A stretch of DNA of 64,000 nt from an uncultured Desulfobacter sp. Its GTDB lineage: Bacteria; Desulfobacterota; Desulfobacteria; Desulfobacterales; Desulfobacteraceae. The stretch is from assembly GCA_963665095.1 (NCBI GenBank), contig OY762069.1:3264001-3328000 (forward strand). The letters run 5' to 3'. The first letter of the stretch is position 1. Each line of letters opens with the position of its first letter. The translations under genes were made by a program, and so were the position numbers. This document shows positions 62,668 through 64,000 of this stretch, piece after piece. The notes under the pieces are model-generated. The model saw nothing but the letters and a program-made list of their open reading frames with translations. It did not search any database and was not told where the DNA came from.

Positions 62668-63749
62668 GCGCCATTCAAAAAATCTTTCAGATGTATGGCG
62701 CCCAATATATGGCACTTTATGGGGATCGAATGCCCAAGGCCCATAAAAAAACCATCCGGGATATCATTCAGTGCCGAAGCGGCTCCTTTGGTACAATGGT
62801 GTATGAATGCAGCGACTGCAAAAATCTGCATCTGATCCACTGCTGCTGCGGCAACCGCCATTGCCCCAACTGTCAACAGAGTAAAGCAGATCAATGGCTT
62901 GTTCAGCAAATGAAAAAATTGCTGCCGACTCACTATTTTTTGTTAACGATCACACTGCCGCAAGGTCTTCGGGACGTTGTAAGATCACATCAAAGACAAA
63001 CCTACAGCGCCCTGTTTTCATGCACCAATAAAGCATTGAAAAAATTAGCACAAGACAAGCGGTTTGTCGGATCGGACCAAATTGGATACCTGGCCGGTCT
63101 CCACACATGGGGCGGCATGCTCCAGTATCACCCCCATTTACATCTGATCATCCCCGGTGGTGCTTTATCCGGTAAAAACCTATGGCTTGCTTCCAGGCAG
63201 GATTTATTTGTTCACACAAAACCCTTGGAGATTATTTTCAAAGCCAAATTCAAGAATGCGATGAAAAAAGCCGGACTGCTCAACAAAATTGATCCGGCCG
63301 TCTGGAAACAGCAGTGGGTGATTGACAGCCAATCCGTGGGGCAGGGACAAAATTGCCTGCGATATCTTTCAAGATATGTTTTCCGGGTGGCCATCTCCAA
63401 TAACCGCATCAAAAGCATTGAAAATGGTGTCATTAAATTTTCGTACAAGGATCGTGAAAAGAAAAAATGGAAAACCATGGCTCTGGATGCCATGGAATTT
63501 ATCAGAAGGTTCTTGCAACATGTTCTTCCCAAGGGATTTATGAAAATCCGGCATTATGGATTTCTTAATCCCAACAGTGCATTACCCATTGAAAAAATCC
63601 GTGAACTGATCTCATTCATCCATGACATTATTGCGCTTTTTACTGAAATCCGGGAGCCTGCAATCCCCGGCATTAAATGCAGCCATTGCGGACATGATTT
63701 GAAATTCATTTTCTTTGTAAAACCTGAATCCCGGGGCAAACCCCGGTAA
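62664..63749 (+). CDS. IS91-family Y2 (HUH) transposase
   Basis: [36 protein letters not shown]. Confidence 0.95.
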   Translation: MSAIQKIFQMYGAQYMALYGDRMPKAHKKTIRDIIQCRSGSFGTMVYECSDCKNLHLIHCCCGNRHCPNCQQSKADQWLVQQMKKLLPTHYFLLTITLPQGLRDVVRSHQRQTYSALFSCTNKALKKLAQDKRFVGSDQIGYLAGLHTWGGMLQYHPHLHLIIPGGALSGKNLWLASRQDLFVHTKPLEIIFKAKFKNAMKKAGLLNKIDPAVWKQQWVIDSQSVGQGQNCLRYLSRYVFRVAISNNRIKSIENGVIKFSYKDREKKKWKTMALDAMEFIRRFLQHVLPKGFMKIRHYGFLNPNSALPIEKIRELISFIHDIIALFTEIREPAIPGIKCSHCGHDLKFIFFVKPESRGKPR

Positions 63750-64000
63750 CTGCACATTTTTTTGACCCGGTTTGGGCCTTTTTTACAAACAGCCTGATCT
63801 ATCACCAGGCATGTTGCGCTATTCGTGCGCAATATTGCAGCTACCTAAGGTTTTGAACCGGGTTTTAACAACTGAAAATCGGCTGGGCTTCTGGTTTTCA
63901 CATCAAAAGAAAGGCCGTTTTTTAAGTTTTCATCAGACCTGATCATTAACCCATCCAGAAAACCGGTAACCTTTCCCCCTATACACCCGCGGCTTCTTGA

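Larger units (their letters stand above)
61661..64000 (+). mobile_element. Tyrosine recombinase + IS91-type transposase element B (right end at the window edge)
   Basis: Starts GTTCAAGTAAGCGCTACGCGC; window ends ...CCCCTATACACCCGCGGCTTCTTGA, matching the element A end. Confidence 0.88.

Overview
Bacterial DNA, probably a Desulfobacteraceae-like sulfate reducer (inferred from gene content), in two halves. 1-34.6 kb is metabolic and partly decayed. It holds a beta-helix surface protein, an amine oxidase, a broken tungstate/molybdate ABC ATPase beside a Mo-storage protein, and a sigma54 two-component system. Next is a glutarate-type cluster (TRAP transporter, CoA-transferase, non-decarboxylating glutaryl-CoA dehydrogenase, deleted Na+-pumping glutaconyl-CoA decarboxylase). 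It ends with an unexplained membrane protein/dynamin-like/actin-Hsp70-like operon and a decayed corrinoid methyltransferase set. 34.6-64 kb is a defence/mobile island: rhuM, Hachiman hamAB and a minus-strand integron-type cassette array (five complete attC sites, one partial, no intI in view). Seven mobile elements lie in this island: IS4, IS3, an IS21-like element, two DDE+ExeA transposons and two tyrosine-recombinase + IS91-type elements. Top observations: (i) the recombinase/IS91 elements have ends identical to integron core/inverse-core sites (GTTCAAG...CTTGAAC) and each abuts an attC(-like) hairpin, and one entered a gene by a clean G/TT crossover, so they look like rolling-circle transposons moving as gene cassettes; (ii) a structured non-coding module with a compensatory base-pair change is shared by the two divergent DDE+ExeA transposons and partly by the IS3; (iii) candidate new defence cassettes and an SrfABC-like operon. 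All family calls come from motif recognition by eye, not database searches.
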